Shown here one piece after another: positions 9,940-22,642 of a stretch of 64,000 bases of DNA. Each line of letters opens with the position of its first letter. Positions within the stretch are counted from its first letter, which is position 1. The position numbers and the translations under genes are program-made. The notes beneath the pieces were generated by a model. The model was not told the DNA's origin and made no database searches. It saw only the letters and a list, made by a program, of their open reading frames with translations. Where the stretch lies: contig OZ252220.1 in NCBI GenBank assembly GCA_965249135.1, positions 1,952,001-2,016,000 of the forward strand, read 5' to 3'. The DNA is from Alphaproteobacteria bacterium. Lineage in GTDB: Bacteria > Pseudomonadota > Alphaproteobacteria > GCA-2746255.

Positions 9940-11481
9940 ATGATCCAGGCCAAGCTCTCGATGATGGCGCCCCACATGCCGACCCCAAAAAATCCATTTT
10001 CGATTCTTGCTCCATTGTTTGCGGCTTCATTTTTCTTGCTGGCCGTTTTGTTTCTTGCTGCTCCAGCCCAGGCAAAACAGGGACCGGGTAGCTTTGCCGA
10101 TTTGGCAAAAGAATTAACGCCGATGGTCGTCAACGTTTCGACGATTCGAGTCATCAAGAATCGTGGGCAGCGTGGACAGGAAGGTCAGCCATTTCCTCCA
10201 GGCTCCTCACCCTTCGAAGAATTTTTCGGGCAGCCCATGCCTCGGCAAGAACGTCGTCCGCGCAGGGTGCCGTCCGGAGGGTCTGGTTTTATCATTAGCC
10301 CGGACGGTTATATCGTGACGAACAATCACGTCATCGCAGATGCGGAAAAAATCACCGTTATTTTGCATGATGACACGAACCTGAAGGCCAAGATTGTTGG
10401 TCGCGACCCAAAAACGGATTTGGCGCTTCTCAAGGTTGAAACGAAAAAACCGCTTCCTGTCATTCGTTGGGGGGATTCGGATACGGCCGAGGTCGGCGAT
10501 TGGGTCATCGCCATCGGCAATCCATTCGGTCTGGGAGGTTCGGTGGTGGCGGGGATCATTTCGGCGCGTGCCAGGGAAATTAAGGGACCCATTTCGGGAC
10601 CCTATGTTGACTTCATCCAGACGGATGCGCCGATCAATAGTGGAAACTCCGGTGGCCCGATGTTCAACATGCGGGGCCAGGTCGTTGGCATCAACTCCGC
10701 CATTCTTTCGCCACGTGGCGTCTTCGGCGAAAATGCCGGGAGTATCGGGATTGGCTTTGCCATTCCATCTTCCCTGGCCAAGCCAGTCATTGCGCAGCTG
10801 AAGCAATATGGCCATGCGCGCCGTGGCTGGCTCGGTGTCCGCATTCAGGAAGTCACGCCGGAGATTGCCGAAAGCCTCGGTATGGGCCGTCCGCGCGGTG
10901 CAATGGTTGCGAGTGTCGTCGACGATAGTCCGGCGGCAAAAGCGAAGCTGTTGCCGGGGGATGTCATTCTTCGCTTTGCGGATAGGGAAATCAATAGAGT
11001 CCGCAAGCTTTCCCGTGTCGTCGCTGAAACTGCCGTCGGTAAAAATGTGAATGTCGAAATTTGGCGGAAAGGCAAGAAGAAGACCATGAAGGTTGGAATC
11101 GGCCTGATGGAAGAAGAGCAGGTTGCCGAAGCGGAGGAAGAGCCCTCGGAAGAAGGAACGCCAAAAAAAGGCGCGAAAGTACTTGGTCTATCCCTTGCCT
11201 CGATGAGCTCCGATACCCGCAATGCGTTCAATTTGCCACGCGATATAAAAGGCGTTGTGGTCGTTGACGTCGATGAAAACAGCGCGGCGATGAAGAAAGG
11301 TATTCGACCGGGAGATGTCATTACACTCATTGGCCAGGACCACGAGGAAGTGAATTCGCCGAAAGCAGTCGTCGAGAAAGTTGAGAAAGCGCGGAAGGCC
11401 GGTCATAAATTTTTCTTTCTGCAGGTCACGCGTAGAGGCGGCGAAGCGCGTTTCCTTGCGCTGCTAATAGAGGAAGACTGA
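9940..11481 (+). CDS. degP: Periplasmic serine protease Do/DegP-DegQ with two PDZ domains
   Basis: GSGFII, VTNNHV, TDLAL, IQTDAPINSGNSGGP, GWLGV; AGGAG RBS before ATG 9940. Confidence 0.93.
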   Translation: MIQAKLSMMAPHMPTPKNPFSILAPLFAASFFLLAVLFLAAPAQAKQGPGSFADLAKELTPMVVNVSTIRVIKNRGQRGQEGQPFPPGSSPFEEFFGQPMPRQERRPRRVPSGGSGFIISPDGYIVTNNHVIADAEKITVILHDDTNLKAKIVGRDPKTDLALLKVETKKPLPVIRWGDSDTAEVGDWVIAIGNPFGLGGSVVAGIISARAREIKGPISGPYVDFIQTDAPINSGNSGGPMFNMRGQVVGINSAILSPRGVFGENAGSIGIGFAIPSSLAKPVIAQLKQYGHARRGWLGVRIQEVTPEIAESLGMGRPRGAMVASVVDDSPAAKAKLLPGDVILRFADREINRVRKLSRVVAETAVGKNVNVEIWRKGKKKTMKVGIGLMEEEQVAEAEEEPSEEGTPKKGAKVLGLSLASMSSDTRNAFNLPRDIKGVVVVDVDENSAAMKKGIRPGDVITLIGQDHEEVNSPKAVVEKVEKARKAGHKFFFLQVTRRGGEARFLALLIEED

Positions 11482-11569
11482 TTTACGCTCGCACCATTCT
11501 TGGCCGCAGATGGTGTCTGCGGTGAGGAATGTCTTGACGGCTAGGGATGGATTAGGGAAACGGTTTGGG

Positions 11570-12811
11570 ATGCCGTTAGTGACACCCTTCGCAGCACTCC
11601 GCCCGGTTTCGGAGCATGCCGCCGATGTGCTGGCGCCACCTTACGATGTGCTCACCAGTGAGGAAGCCCGTCACCGTGCCGAAGGACGGCCGTGGAGCTT
11701 TCTGCATATCTCGAAGCCCGAGATCGACCTGCCGCCGGAGACGGATGTCCATGCGCCGGAAGTCTATGGGAAGGCGGCGGCAAATCTGAAAGCCATGCTG
11801 GCAGCAGGCATTCTTCATCGCGATCCGACGCCTTGTTATTACGTCTACCGGCTTCGAATGGGCGGGCATACCCAGACCGGGATCGTCCTTGCCGCCTCCG
11901 TTACGGCCTATGACGAGGGCCGTATCCGCCGTCACGAATTGACGCGCCCCGAAAAAGAAAACGACCGCGTTCGTCAGATCGAGGCTCTGGACGCCGAGAC
12001 CGGGCCAGTGTTGCTTGCCCATCGGCGTGCGCCGGCGCTTCCACCCTTGGTTTCGGAAGTCACCGACAGAAAGCCGGCCTACGATCTCACGGCCGACGAT
12101 GGGGTTCTGCATACACTGTGGCCGATCGAGGATCCGGCCGCGATCGACAGGATTAGCGAAGCCCTCGAGGCGATGCCGACGCTTTACATCGCTGACGGCC
12201 ATCACCGTTCGGCTGCAGCCTCGCGGGTTGCGGCGGCAAAACGTGCGGCCAACCCGCACCATACTGGTAACGAGCCATATAACTATTTTCTTGCCGTCGC
12301 CTTTCCGTCCGATTCGCTACACGTGCTCGACTACAACCGCGTCATTCGGGATTTGAAGGGGCTCACGAAGCAAGCGTTTCTGGAGCGCATTCAGGAAGCT
12401 TTCACGATTACCGAATGCAAAGAGGCGGTGAAACCCGCCCATCCGGGCGAGTTTGGCATGTATCTCGAGGAAAATTGGTATCGGCTTGCGATACACCCGA
12501 CACGTATGCCAGAGGCGGATCCCGTCGCCAGGCTAGATGTGAGCCTCCTTGCCGATCATCTGATCGCTCCCATCCTTGGCATTGAGGATCTGCGTCGCGA
12601 CGACCGGATCGATTTCGTCGGTGGCGTTCATGGATTGGACGGGCTTGCGCGCCGGGTCGATTCGGGTGAAATGGCCATTGCTTTTTCGCTTTACCCGACA
12701 CGGCTCGACGATCTGATGGCCGTTGCCGATGTCGGCGAAATCATGCCGCCGAAATCCACTTGGTTTGAACCGAAACTTGCCGATGGGCTCGTCTCGCTCA
12801 TGCTATCGTGA
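11570..12811 (+). CDS. DUF1015 family protein (ParB/Srx-like DGHHR motif)
   Basis: APPYDV, HELTRPEKE.DR, YIADGHHRSAAA, YNRVI, MPPKSTWFEPKL. Confidence 0.88.
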   Translation: MPLVTPFAALRPVSEHAADVLAPPYDVLTSEEARHRAEGRPWSFLHISKPEIDLPPETDVHAPEVYGKAAANLKAMLAAGILHRDPTPCYYVYRLRMGGHTQTGIVLAASVTAYDEGRIRRHELTRPEKENDRVRQIEALDAETGPVLLAHRRAPALPPLVSEVTDRKPAYDLTADDGVLHTLWPIEDPAAIDRISEALEAMPTLYIADGHHRSAAASRVAAAKRAANPHHTGNEPYNYFLAVAFPSDSLHVLDYNRVIRDLKGLTKQAFLERIQEAFTITECKEAVKPAHPGEFGMYLEENWYRLAIHPTRMPEADPVARLDVSLLADHLIAPILGIEDLRRDDRIDFVGGVHGLDGLARRVDSGEMAIAFSLYPTRLDDLMAVADVGEIMPPKSTWFEPKLADGLVSLMLS

Positions 12812-12848
12812 TTCTTAAAAGCTGGGTCCGCTTCCAAGGCCGATTGAC

Positions 12849-13781
12849 ATGACAGAACGCGTTCTCGTCATCTGTGGCCCGACGGGGAGTGGGAAGTCCG
12901 CGCTTGCACTTGCCGTTGCCGAGGCCTTCGATGGCATCGTCATCAACGCGGATAGCATGCAGCTTTACCGCAACCTGCGTATTTTGACGGCGCAGCCAGG
13001 TGAGGCGGATCTCGCACGCGCACCTCACCGTCTCTATGGGGTTTTGCCGGCAACGACGCCTGCTTCCGCCGCCAAGTGGCGGGCAATGGCGCTTGAAGAA
13101 ATTCATGCGGCGAGAGAGACGGAGAAGCTTCCCATCCTGGTCGGCGGCACCGGATTATACCTTCACGTCCTTGTCCATGGCTTGGCGGCCGTGCCGGACA
13201 TTCCACCGGAAGTGCGCGCCGAGGCGGCACACCCCCTTGAGGAGCTTGGGCCGGCCGGCCTTCATGCAAGGCTTCAGGGGTGCGATCCAGTGATGGCGGC
13301 ACGCCTCCATCCGAGTGACCGTCAGCGGCTTCTCCGTGCCTGGGAGGTGATCACCGCCACCGGCCGGTCCTTGGCCGACTGGCAGCGTGAGGAGGGCGAG
13401 GAGATGCCTACCGAGCTTGCCCCTATCGTCCTCTCACCCTCCCGGGAAGTCCTCTATGAGGCGTGCAATCAGCGCTTTCTCAGGATGATCCAGGCAGGGG
13501 CCCTGGCCGAGGTAGCCGCTCTTGAGGGGCTGGATCCGGAACTTCCTTTGATGAAGGCGGTCGGCGTGCCTGAACTGCTCCGGCACCTGCACGGGGAGAT
13601 CACGTTGGAGGCCGCGATATCCCTTGCTCAACAAGCCACACGAAACTATGCGAAGCGCCAGCTCACCTGGTTCCGTCACCAGATGACAGGGGCGCACTGG
13701 GTAAATGAGCAATATTCGGAAAGTTTACACCAAAAAATCTTTTCATTTATTCGTCAGTTTTCATTGACCCCGTCCGACTGA
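12849..13781 (+). CDS. miaA: tRNA dimethylallyltransferase
   Basis: GPTGSGKS, INADSMQLY, LVGGTGLY, TRNYAKRQLTWFR. Confidence 0.97.
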   Translation: MTERVLVICGPTGSGKSALALAVAEAFDGIVINADSMQLYRNLRILTAQPGEADLARAPHRLYGVLPATTPASAAKWRAMALEEIHAARETEKLPILVGGTGLYLHVLVHGLAAVPDIPPEVRAEAAHPLEELGPAGLHARLQGCDPVMAARLHPSDRQRLLRAWEVITATGRSLADWQREEGEEMPTELAPIVLSPSREVLYEACNQRFLRMIQAGALAEVAALEGLDPELPLMKAVGVPELLRHLHGEITLEAAISLAQQATRNYAKRQLTWFRHQMTGAHWVNEQYSESLHQKIFSFIRQFSLTPSD

Positions 13782-13879
13782 CCGACTAGGTTGTGCCGCT
13801 TGTCGGTGAAATCTGAGGGATTCCGGCCCTCTCCCAACTCGCAATCAAAGTTCGTCAACGCGCTGAGAAGGACGCGGGA

Positions 13880-15637
13880 ATGAGTCAGGATCGGATCATA
13901 GGATCGGAGATCGTCCTCAAGGCCCTGATTGATCAGGGGGTTGAGGTTATTTTCGGCTATCCGGGCGGCGCCGTGCTGCCAATCTATGACGCGTTGTTCC
14001 GGCAGAAGGAACTTCGGCACGTCCTCGTTCGCCACGAACAGGCGGCGGCGCACGCGGCGGAAGGCTATGCGCGCTCGACCGGCAAGGTAGGCGTTGTCCT
14101 GGTGACCTCTGGTCCTGGGGCGACGAATGCCGTCACTGGCTTGACGGATGCCCTCATGGATAGCGTGCCGGTTGTTTGTCTGACCGGACAGGTTCCGACG
14201 CATCTTATCGGCACCGACGCTTTTCAGGAAGCGGACACGATCGGCATTACGCGACCGTGCACGAAGCATAATTATCTTGTGCGCGAGGCGGATAAACTTG
14301 CGCACACCGTGCACGAGGCCTTCTACGTCGCGCGCAGTGGACGCCCAGGGCCGGTTGTTATCGATTTGCCGAAAGACGTTTTGATGACCGGCGGCTCTTA
14401 TTATGGGCCTACGAATGTTGAGCATAAAACCTACAAGCCGACGGTGAAGGGGGATACGGAAAGTATCCGCCAAGCGGTCGAGCTTATGGGATCGGCAAAG
14501 CGGCCCCTTATCTATTATGGCGGCGGCGTCATTAATTCTGGCGTAGCGGCGTGCCAACTGCTGACCCAGTTCGTTGAAATGACCGGTTTTCCCTGCACGA
14601 GTACGTTGATGGGGCTTGGCGCCTTCCCTGCCTCGCATTCCCAGTTCTTGGGCCTAGTCGGCATGCACGGCACCTGCGAATCGAATTGGGCGATGCATGA
14701 CTGCGACGTCATGGTCAATATCGGGGCTCGATTCGATGACCGTGTGACCGGTCGGCTGGATGCTTTTTCGCCAGGATCGAAAAAGATCCACATCGACATC
14801 GACCCGTCCTCCATCAACAAGAACGTGCCGGTCGATTTGGCCATCATCGGCGATATCGCCCATGTGTTGGAGGACATGATCAAATTGTGGAAGGCCGCTC
14901 AGGCGCGACCGGATAAGAAAGCGCTGAAGGAGTGGTGGGAACAAATCGACGAGTGGCGGGCAAGGGATTGCCTGCACTACATGCAATCCGGCGAACTCAT
15001 CAAACCGCAATACGCTATTCAGCGGCTTTATGAGCTAACGAAGGACCGGGAGGCTTACATCACGACCGAGGTTGGGCAGCATCAAATGTGGGCCGCCCAA
15101 TACTACAAATTTGAAAAGCCGTTCCACTGGATGACGTCCGGCGGACTCGGAACGATGGGCTATGGCCTGCCGGCCGCGATGGGAGTCCAAATCGCCCATC
15201 CGAAATCCCTCGTCATCGACATTGCCGGCGAGGCCTCCATCTTGATGAACATCCAGGAAATGTCGACGCTTGTTCAACACCAGTTGCCGGTGAAGGTCTT
15301 CATTGTCAACAACGAATATATGGGGATGGTCCGTCAGTGGCAGGAGTTGATGCATGGCGGCCGCTATTCCGAAAGTTATACGGCGGCATTGCCGGATTTT
15401 GTGAAACTTGCGGAATCCTTCGGCGCGGTTGGCCTGCGTGCGACGAAGCCGGAGGACGTCGACCCGGTCATCAAGGAGATGATCGGCGTCGACAAGCCTG
15501 TCATCGTGGATGTCCGCGTTGATCCAGCGGAAAACTGCTTCCCGATGATTCCATCCGGCGCTGCCCATAACGAAATGTTATTTGGACCGGAAGACAAACC
15601 GGGCGAGGTCTCTGAAGAAGGAATGGGCCTTATCTAG
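13880..15637 (+). CDS. ilvI: Acetolactate synthase large subunit
   Basis: FGYPGGAVLPIYD, RHEQ, TSGPGATN, SGGLGTMGYGLP, GMVRQWQ. Confidence 0.97.
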   Translation: MSQDRIIGSEIVLKALIDQGVEVIFGYPGGAVLPIYDALFRQKELRHVLVRHEQAAAHAAEGYARSTGKVGVVLVTSGPGATNAVTGLTDALMDSVPVVCLTGQVPTHLIGTDAFQEADTIGITRPCTKHNYLVREADKLAHTVHEAFYVARSGRPGPVVIDLPKDVLMTGGSYYGPTNVEHKTYKPTVKGDTESIRQAVELMGSAKRPLIYYGGGVINSGVAACQLLTQFVEMTGFPCTSTLMGLGAFPASHSQFLGLVGMHGTCESNWAMHDCDVMVNIGARFDDRVTGRLDAFSPGSKKIHIDIDPSSINKNVPVDLAIIGDIAHVLEDMIKLWKAAQARPDKKALKEWWEQIDEWRARDCLHYMQSGELIKPQYAIQRLYELTKDREAYITTEVGQHQMWAAQYYKFEKPFHWMTSGGLGTMGYGLPAAMGVQIAHPKSLVIDIAGEASILMNIQEMSTLVQHQLPVKVFIVNNEYMGMVRQWQELMHGGRYSESYTAALPDFVKLAESFGAVGLRATKPEDVDPVIKEMIGVDKPVIVDVRVDPAENCFPMIPSGAAHNEMLFGPEDKPGEVSEEGMGLI

Positions 15638-15668
15638 GGTGGGGACGTGATCGGTCGAGGAAAGAAGC

Positions 15669-16172
15669 GTGGATAAAATCGCGAAACATACGATTGGGGT
15701 GCTCGTCGACAACGAGGCGGGGGTGCTGGCACGCGTCATCGGCCTTTTCTCCGGCCGCGGCTACAATATCGAAAGCCTTACTGTCGCCGAGGTGGATGCC
15801 AAAAAGGAGCTCTCCAGGATCACCGTTGTTACGTCCGGCACCCCAATGGTGATCGAGCAGATCAAGGCACAGCTTGGTAGGCTCGTACCGGTACACAAGG
15901 TGAGCGATCTCACGACCGAAGGACCGGCCGTTGAGCGTGAGCTCGCGCTTATCAAGGTCGAAGGCAGTGGCGAGCAACGGGTCGAATCCTTGCGGATCGC
16001 CGATATTTTCAGGGCGCGCGTTGTCGACAGCACGAGCCACTCCTTCGTATTCGAAATGACTGGCTCGACGGATAAACTGAATGCCTTTATCAATTTGATG
16101 ATTCCATTGGGGCTCGTCGATGTCTCGCGTACCGGCGTCGTGGCGATTTCAAGGGGGCCTGAAGCGCTGTAG
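15669..16172 (+). CDS. ilvH: Acetolactate synthase small subunit
   Basis: VDNEAGVLARVIGLFSGRGYNIESL, ERELAL, SRTG. Confidence 0.97.
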   Translation: MDKIAKHTIGVLVDNEAGVLARVIGLFSGRGYNIESLTVAEVDAKKELSRITVVTSGTPMVIEQIKAQLGRLVPVHKVSDLTTEGPAVERELALIKVEGSGEQRVESLRIADIFRARVVDSTSHSFVFEMTGSTDKLNAFINLMIPLGLVDVSRTGVVAISRGPEAL

Positions 16173-16206
16173 CCCGCCCGGTTGGGCTGGATAGCAAGAG
16201 GATTGA

Positions 16207-17229
<1,023 letters not shown>

Positions 17230-17294
17230 ATAAATCAATTGGTTAATGGCAACGCCAAGGCCGTCCGGCGCTCTGTCTGATGGAAAGGTTTTAG

Positions 17295-17310
17295 TGGACC
17301 AAATGGTCCA
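17295..17310. promoter_or_regulatory. Palindromic operator upstream of tetR (probable autoregulation)
   Basis: TGGACC-AAAT-GGTCCA perfect inverted repeat about 44 bp before the start codon. Confidence 0.6.
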
Positions 17311-17353
17311 AAAGCCCTATATTGGGCAGACTGGATTGAAATGGGTTGGGACC

Positions 17354-17938
17354 ATGGTGCGACCACGGGAATTCAACAAAGACGAAGCCCTCGAACAGGC
17401 GATGCACGCCTTTTGGGCGAAGGGCTATACGGCAACCTCCCTCCTCGATCTCATCGCGGCCATGGGCATCAGCAAGAGCAGCTTCTATGAGACCTTCGGC
17501 AGCAAGCATGAGCTCTTCGTCACGGCCCTAGACCGTTATGGGGATGAAATCGTCCGGCAAGTCGCCTTGGGACTCGAGGGCGCCCTTTCCCCGCGCCAGG
17601 CGATCCGGGATCTCTTCGATATGGCCGTCGACGGCATGTTGACGAAAGAAGGACGTCACGGATGCCTCGCTATCAACACGGCGGCCGAGCTCGCAGCACA
17701 CGATCCCCAGGTCGCGGCTCGGGTGAACGCCATCTTCGATCGGATCGCGGATGTCCTTCAGAAGGTGATTGCCCGCGGCCAGGCGGCAGGTGAGATCCGG
17801 GCCGACCGCCGCGCCGGCACCCTTGCGCGCTACCTTATGAGCACCCTTACCGGCCTTCGGGTGGTCGGCAAGGCGAAGCCGGATCGGACGGCATTGGACG
17901 ATGTGGTGCGGGTCGCGCTGTCGGCCCTCGATGGATGA
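17354..17938 (+). CDS. TetR/AcrR family regulator (NemR/ComR-like)
   Basis: MVRPREF, FWAKGYTATS, MGISKSSFYETFGSKHELF, GCLAINTAAEL. Confidence 0.92.
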   Translation: MVRPREFNKDEALEQAMHAFWAKGYTATSLLDLIAAMGISKSSFYETFGSKHELFVTALDRYGDEIVRQVALGLEGALSPRQAIRDLFDMAVDGMLTKEGRHGCLAINTAAELAAHDPQVAARVNAIFDRIADVLQKVIARGQAAGEIRADRRAGTLARYLMSTLTGLRVVGKAKPDRTALDDVVRVALSALDG

Positions 17939-17949
17939 TCGCCCCATTT

Positions 17950-18052
17950 TGGACTAGATAGTTCATAATCATTTCCCGCGCGATCGTCTGCCTTTCGGGT
18001 AGTCCAGATACATGGCGCCAGCCTTCTCAATTTTGAACTGAAGGGTTCAAAA
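17950..18052. promoter_or_regulatory. Two further TGRAC-N6-GTYCA boxes downstream of tetR
   Basis: TGGACTAGATAGTTCA (17950-17965) and TTTTGAAC-N6-GTTCAAAA (18031-18052). Confidence 0.45.
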
Positions 18053-18425
18053 CTAGGTCATGGCCAGGGCATGGGAGGGCCGCCGATGGAGGAAAAAGTT
18101 AAAAAATTGCTCCCCGGGCGTTGCAAAAGGACTCGGAGAAGCGCACATTTCCTTGGATTACAAAGAAAGTGTTAACCAATTTTGTTGACAATTCTCTTCG
18201 GTTGTTAATCCTAACCACAAGGGATAAAAGGCAATTACTTGGTTTGGCACAGTGTCGAACCGGTGGGAACGCGGCAAAGATGCACGAAGAACCGAAAGAT
18301 CGATTCGGTTTCACACCCGGCGGAACGATTCGCCTGTGCGGGGCCCACAGCTTTGCCACATTCCCGGCTCCTCTGCCGTTCCCTGCTGCCGCGAATTCGC
18401 TCGCGGAGATTCTTCGACTTAGGCG

Positions 18426-18464
18426 CCCTGAGCGTCACTGCCGCATGCCAGCAGACGTTCAGGG
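18426..18464 (+). promoter_or_regulatory. Putative leuA leader hairpin
   Basis: CCCTGAGCGTC...GACGTTCAGGG stem about 50 nt upstream of leuA, preceded by CTT-CGA-CTT; leader peptide not established. Confidence 0.35.
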
Positions 18465-18514
18465 AGTTCGTCTTTAAGCCTGAAGTCATACGAAGAATCT
18501 GAAGGGATACCCCG

Positions 18515-20068
18515 ATGAGCAAGAGCACGGATAAAAACCGAGTCATCATTTTCGATACGACCTTGCGCGACGGTGAACAATCGCCGGGCGCGTCGATGAA
18601 TCTCGAAGAGAAATTGCGCATCGCCCAAGTGCTGGCAGAGCTCGGCGTCGACGTTATCGAAGCCGGCTTTCCGATCGCCTCGAAAGGCGATTTCGAGGCT
18701 GTGCATGAAATTGCAAAGACGATCGATGGGCCTACCATTTGCGGGCTTGCGCGTTCGGGCCGAGAGGACATCGATCGGGCGGCCGAAGCGCTGAAGCCGG
18801 CGAAGCGTAAGCGTATTCACACCTTCATTTCGACGAGTCCGCTCCATATGAAATACAAGCTTCAGATGGAGCCGGAGGCCGTCCATCAGGCGGTGATCGA
18901 CAGCGTCACGCGTGCCCGGAATTTTACGGACGATGTTGAGTGGTCCTGCGAGGACGGTTCGCGAAGCGAGCGTGACTTTCTCTACCAGTGCATCGAAAGC
19001 GCAATCAAGGCAGGCGCAACGACCATCAATATCCCGGATACGGTCGGCTATACGGTTCCGGATGAATTTGCCGATTTGATCACGTCGATCATGAACCAGG
19101 TGCCGAATATCGATAAGGCAACTATCTCTGTTCATTGCCACAACGACCTCGGCCTCGCCGTCGCCAATTCTCTGGCGGCGATCAAAGTGGGGGCACGCCA
19201 GGTCGAGTGCACGGTGAACGGCCTTGGGGAACGAGCCGGCAATGCCGCGATGGAAGAAATCGTCATGGCGCTTCGGACGCGTTCGGACGTGCTCGGTTAT
19301 ATGACAGGGATCAAAGCGGAAAACATCATGAAAGCCTCACGGCTTGTCTCAACGGTGACCGGTTTCACGGTTCAGCCGAACAAGGCCGTTGTTGGTGCGA
19401 ATGCGTTCGCTCACGAATCCGGCATTCATCAGGACGGCATGCTGAAACATGCTGGTACTTACGAAATCATGACTCCGGAATCGATCGGCCTCACCCAGTC
19501 AAAGTTGGTGATGGGCAAGCATTCTGGCCGCCATGCCTTCCGGGTGAAGCTGAAGGATCTGGGATATGACCTCGGTGATAACGCAATCGAGGACGCCTTC
19601 CGGCGATTCAAGGATCTCGCCGATAAGAAGAAGGATATCTATGACGAAGATATCATCGCGCTCGTCGACGACGCGCTCATGCAGGTGAACAATCGGATCA
19701 AATTTGTGTCGCTACGGGTTGTGTGTGGCTCGACGGGCCCGCAGACGGCAGAATTGGAGCTCGATATCGACGGCGAAGTACATAAGACGAAGGCAACCGG
19801 CGACGGGCCGGTCGATGCGACTTTTAATGCCATTCGCGAGCTGTTTCCCCATGATGCCCGTCTGCAGCTTTATCAGGTGCATGCGGTGACGGAAGGGACG
19901 GACGCCCAGGCCGAAGTCACGGTGCGGCTTGAAGAGAAGGGCAAGACCGTGAACGGACAAGGGGCAAACACCGATACCTTGGTGGCTTCCGCGCGCGCCT
20001 ACGTCATTGCGCTGAACAAGCTTCTCGTTAAACGGGAGAAGACCGCTCCGGCGGCCCTCTCAGCGTAA
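18515..20068 (+). CDS. leuA: 2-isopropylmalate synthase
   Basis: [42 protein letters not shown] regulatory domain. Confidence 0.98.
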   Translation: MSKSTDKNRVIIFDTTLRDGEQSPGASMNLEEKLRIAQVLAELGVDVIEAGFPIASKGDFEAVHEIAKTIDGPTICGLARSGREDIDRAAEALKPAKRKRIHTFISTSPLHMKYKLQMEPEAVHQAVIDSVTRARNFTDDVEWSCEDGSRSERDFLYQCIESAIKAGATTINIPDTVGYTVPDEFADLITSIMNQVPNIDKATISVHCHNDLGLAVANSLAAIKVGARQVECTVNGLGERAGNAAMEEIVMALRTRSDVLGYMTGIKAENIMKASRLVSTVTGFTVQPNKAVVGANAFAHESGIHQDGMLKHAGTYEIMTPESIGLTQSKLVMGKHSGRHAFRVKLKDLGYDLGDNAIEDAFRRFKDLADKKKDIYDEDIIALVDDALMQVNNRIKFVSLRVVCGSTGPQTAELELDIDGEVHKTKATGDGPVDATFNAIRELFPHDARLQLYQVHAVTEGTDAQAEVTVRLEEKGKTVNGQGANTDTLVASARAYVIALNKLLVKREKTAPAALSA

Positions 20069-20134
20069 GTTTAGGTCATGGCGGGAGAGAAGGTGGGAAC
20101 ACGCCCCTTCACTACCCAATAGAAAGCAGGGTGA

Positions 20135-21181
<1,047 letters not shown>

Positions 21182-21239
21182 TCAAGCCCTGTTCCGCTAA
21201 GGTTTGCTCGGCGGAGCTGGCAGTTCAAGGAGAAGGAGG

Positions 21240-22130
21240 ATGGCAAGGTCGCGCGCTGGGTCGTTCCTGCGTCTTACGACACCAGTAAGATCGCTTGCCC
21301 ATCGCTTTCCTTTTCTTCTTCTCATTCTAGCTGCACTCACCCTCATTGCGGTTGGACGGGTAGAAACGGCCTTCATGGAGCGCTTGCGCGCAAACGTGAC
21401 GGATGTCGTTACCCCGATCATTGATCTTGTTTCCCGTCCGATCGTGGCTACCCGGACACTGCTTGAAGAAATATCAAGCTTGGTGCTCATCCGAGAAGAA
21501 AATCAGCGGCTGCATGCGGAGGTGGCGTCTCTTCAGCAGTTGAATCTGACGTTGGAACGGCTTGCAACCGAGAACGACAGCTTAAGAGCCCTTATGAATT
21601 TTGTTCCGGATGCTTCGATCAGTTATGTCACGGCCCGTACGATTGCCGATTCCGGAAGCGCCTTCGTCCGTAGCGTTCTCGTAAATGCCGGCGAACGCGA
21701 TGGGGTGAAGAGGGGCGATCCGGTGATCAATGGCGAGGGCGTCGTCGGGCGGATTGCCCAACTTGGAAAGCATTCTTCCCGCGCCATTCTGATGACGGAC
21801 TGGAATTCGCGGATTCCCGTTCTCGTGGAATCATCCCGGGAAAAGGCGATTCTTGCGGGGGACAACACAAACCGCCCGCGTTTGCTGTACCTGCCGGAAG
21901 GGGTCGTGATGGCCCCTGGGGACCGGATCGTCACATCCGGTCATGGCGGGGTGTTTCCCCCCGGCCTTCCTATCGGCACGGTGGGCTCCGTTGGTGAAGA
22001 GGGGGTCCGTGTGCAGCCCTTTGTCACGTGGAACCGCCTGGAACTTGTCCGCGTCGTGAATTACGGCTTGAAAGGCGTGTTGCCGTCCTCGCCGGCAGGT
22101 CCGGACGCCAAAGAGGGCTCCCACAAGTGA
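21240..22130 (+). CDS. mreC: Rod shape-determining protein MreC
   Basis: TM segment, coiled coil EN..LR.L, GVVGRI, GDRIVTSG.GGVFPPGLPIG; AGGAGG RBS. Confidence 0.95.
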   Translation: MARSRAGSFLRLTTPVRSLAHRFPFLLLILAALTLIAVGRVETAFMERLRANVTDVVTPIIDLVSRPIVATRTLLEEISSLVLIREENQRLHAEVASLQQLNLTLERLATENDSLRALMNFVPDASISYVTARTIADSGSAFVRSVLVNAGERDGVKRGDPVINGEGVVGRIAQLGKHSSRAILMTDWNSRIPVLVESSREKAILAGDNTNRPRLLYLPEGVVMAPGDRIVTSGHGGVFPPGLPIGTVGSVGEEGVRVQPFVTWNRLELVRVVNYGLKGVLPSSPAGPDAKEGSHK

Positions 22131-22642
22131 CGGCTTCGTTTTGGCACCGTCTTGAACATTATTTGCGGAATCTTGTGCCATTTATAACGGCGCTTGTCTT
22201 TCTCCTTCTTAGTCTCATACCGTTTCACCTCCCCGGTTATGCCAGCATCGTTCCCATGCTGACGCTAACGGTGGTTTATTACTGGGGGCTTTATCGATCC
22301 GATCTGTTACCGGCGACGGCGGTGTTCTTCATTGGTCTTCTTCAGGACCTGCTTTCCGGAGCCCCGATTGGGTTGAACACCGGCATTTTACTTCTCGTCT
22401 ATGGGGTTGTTGTTTCTGAGCGTCGCTACTTTCTCCATGAATTCTTTTCCATTGCCTGGATCAGTTTCATGGTGGTGGCTGCCGGCGCGTCGGTGCTTCA
22501 GTGGGCAGTTCTTTCGCTGCTCGATTGGACGATTCATGATCCCAGCCCGGGAATCTTCCAATATCTCCTTACCATCGCTCTTTATCCATGCCTTGTCTGG
22601 GTTTACGCCCGCACTCAGCAAGTTCTTTTTCGGCAGACCTGA
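22127..22642 (+). CDS. mreD: Rod shape-determining protein MreD
   Basis: Hydrophobic, YYW.LYR.DL, GLLQDLLSG.P.G; GTGA overlap with mreC. Confidence 0.92.
   Translation: MTASFWHRLEHYLRNLVPFITALVFLLLSLIPFHLPGYASIVPMLTLTVVYYWGLYRSDLLPATAVFFIGLLQDLLSGAPIGLNTGILLLVYGVVVSERRYFLHEFFSIAWISFMVVAAGASVLQWAVLSLLDWTIHDPSPGIFQYLLTIALYPCLVWVYARTQQVLFRQT

Noticed and set aside
18160-18240. TTAA-rich stretch as a CtrA box
   Set aside because: No TTAA-N7-TTAA spacing found.
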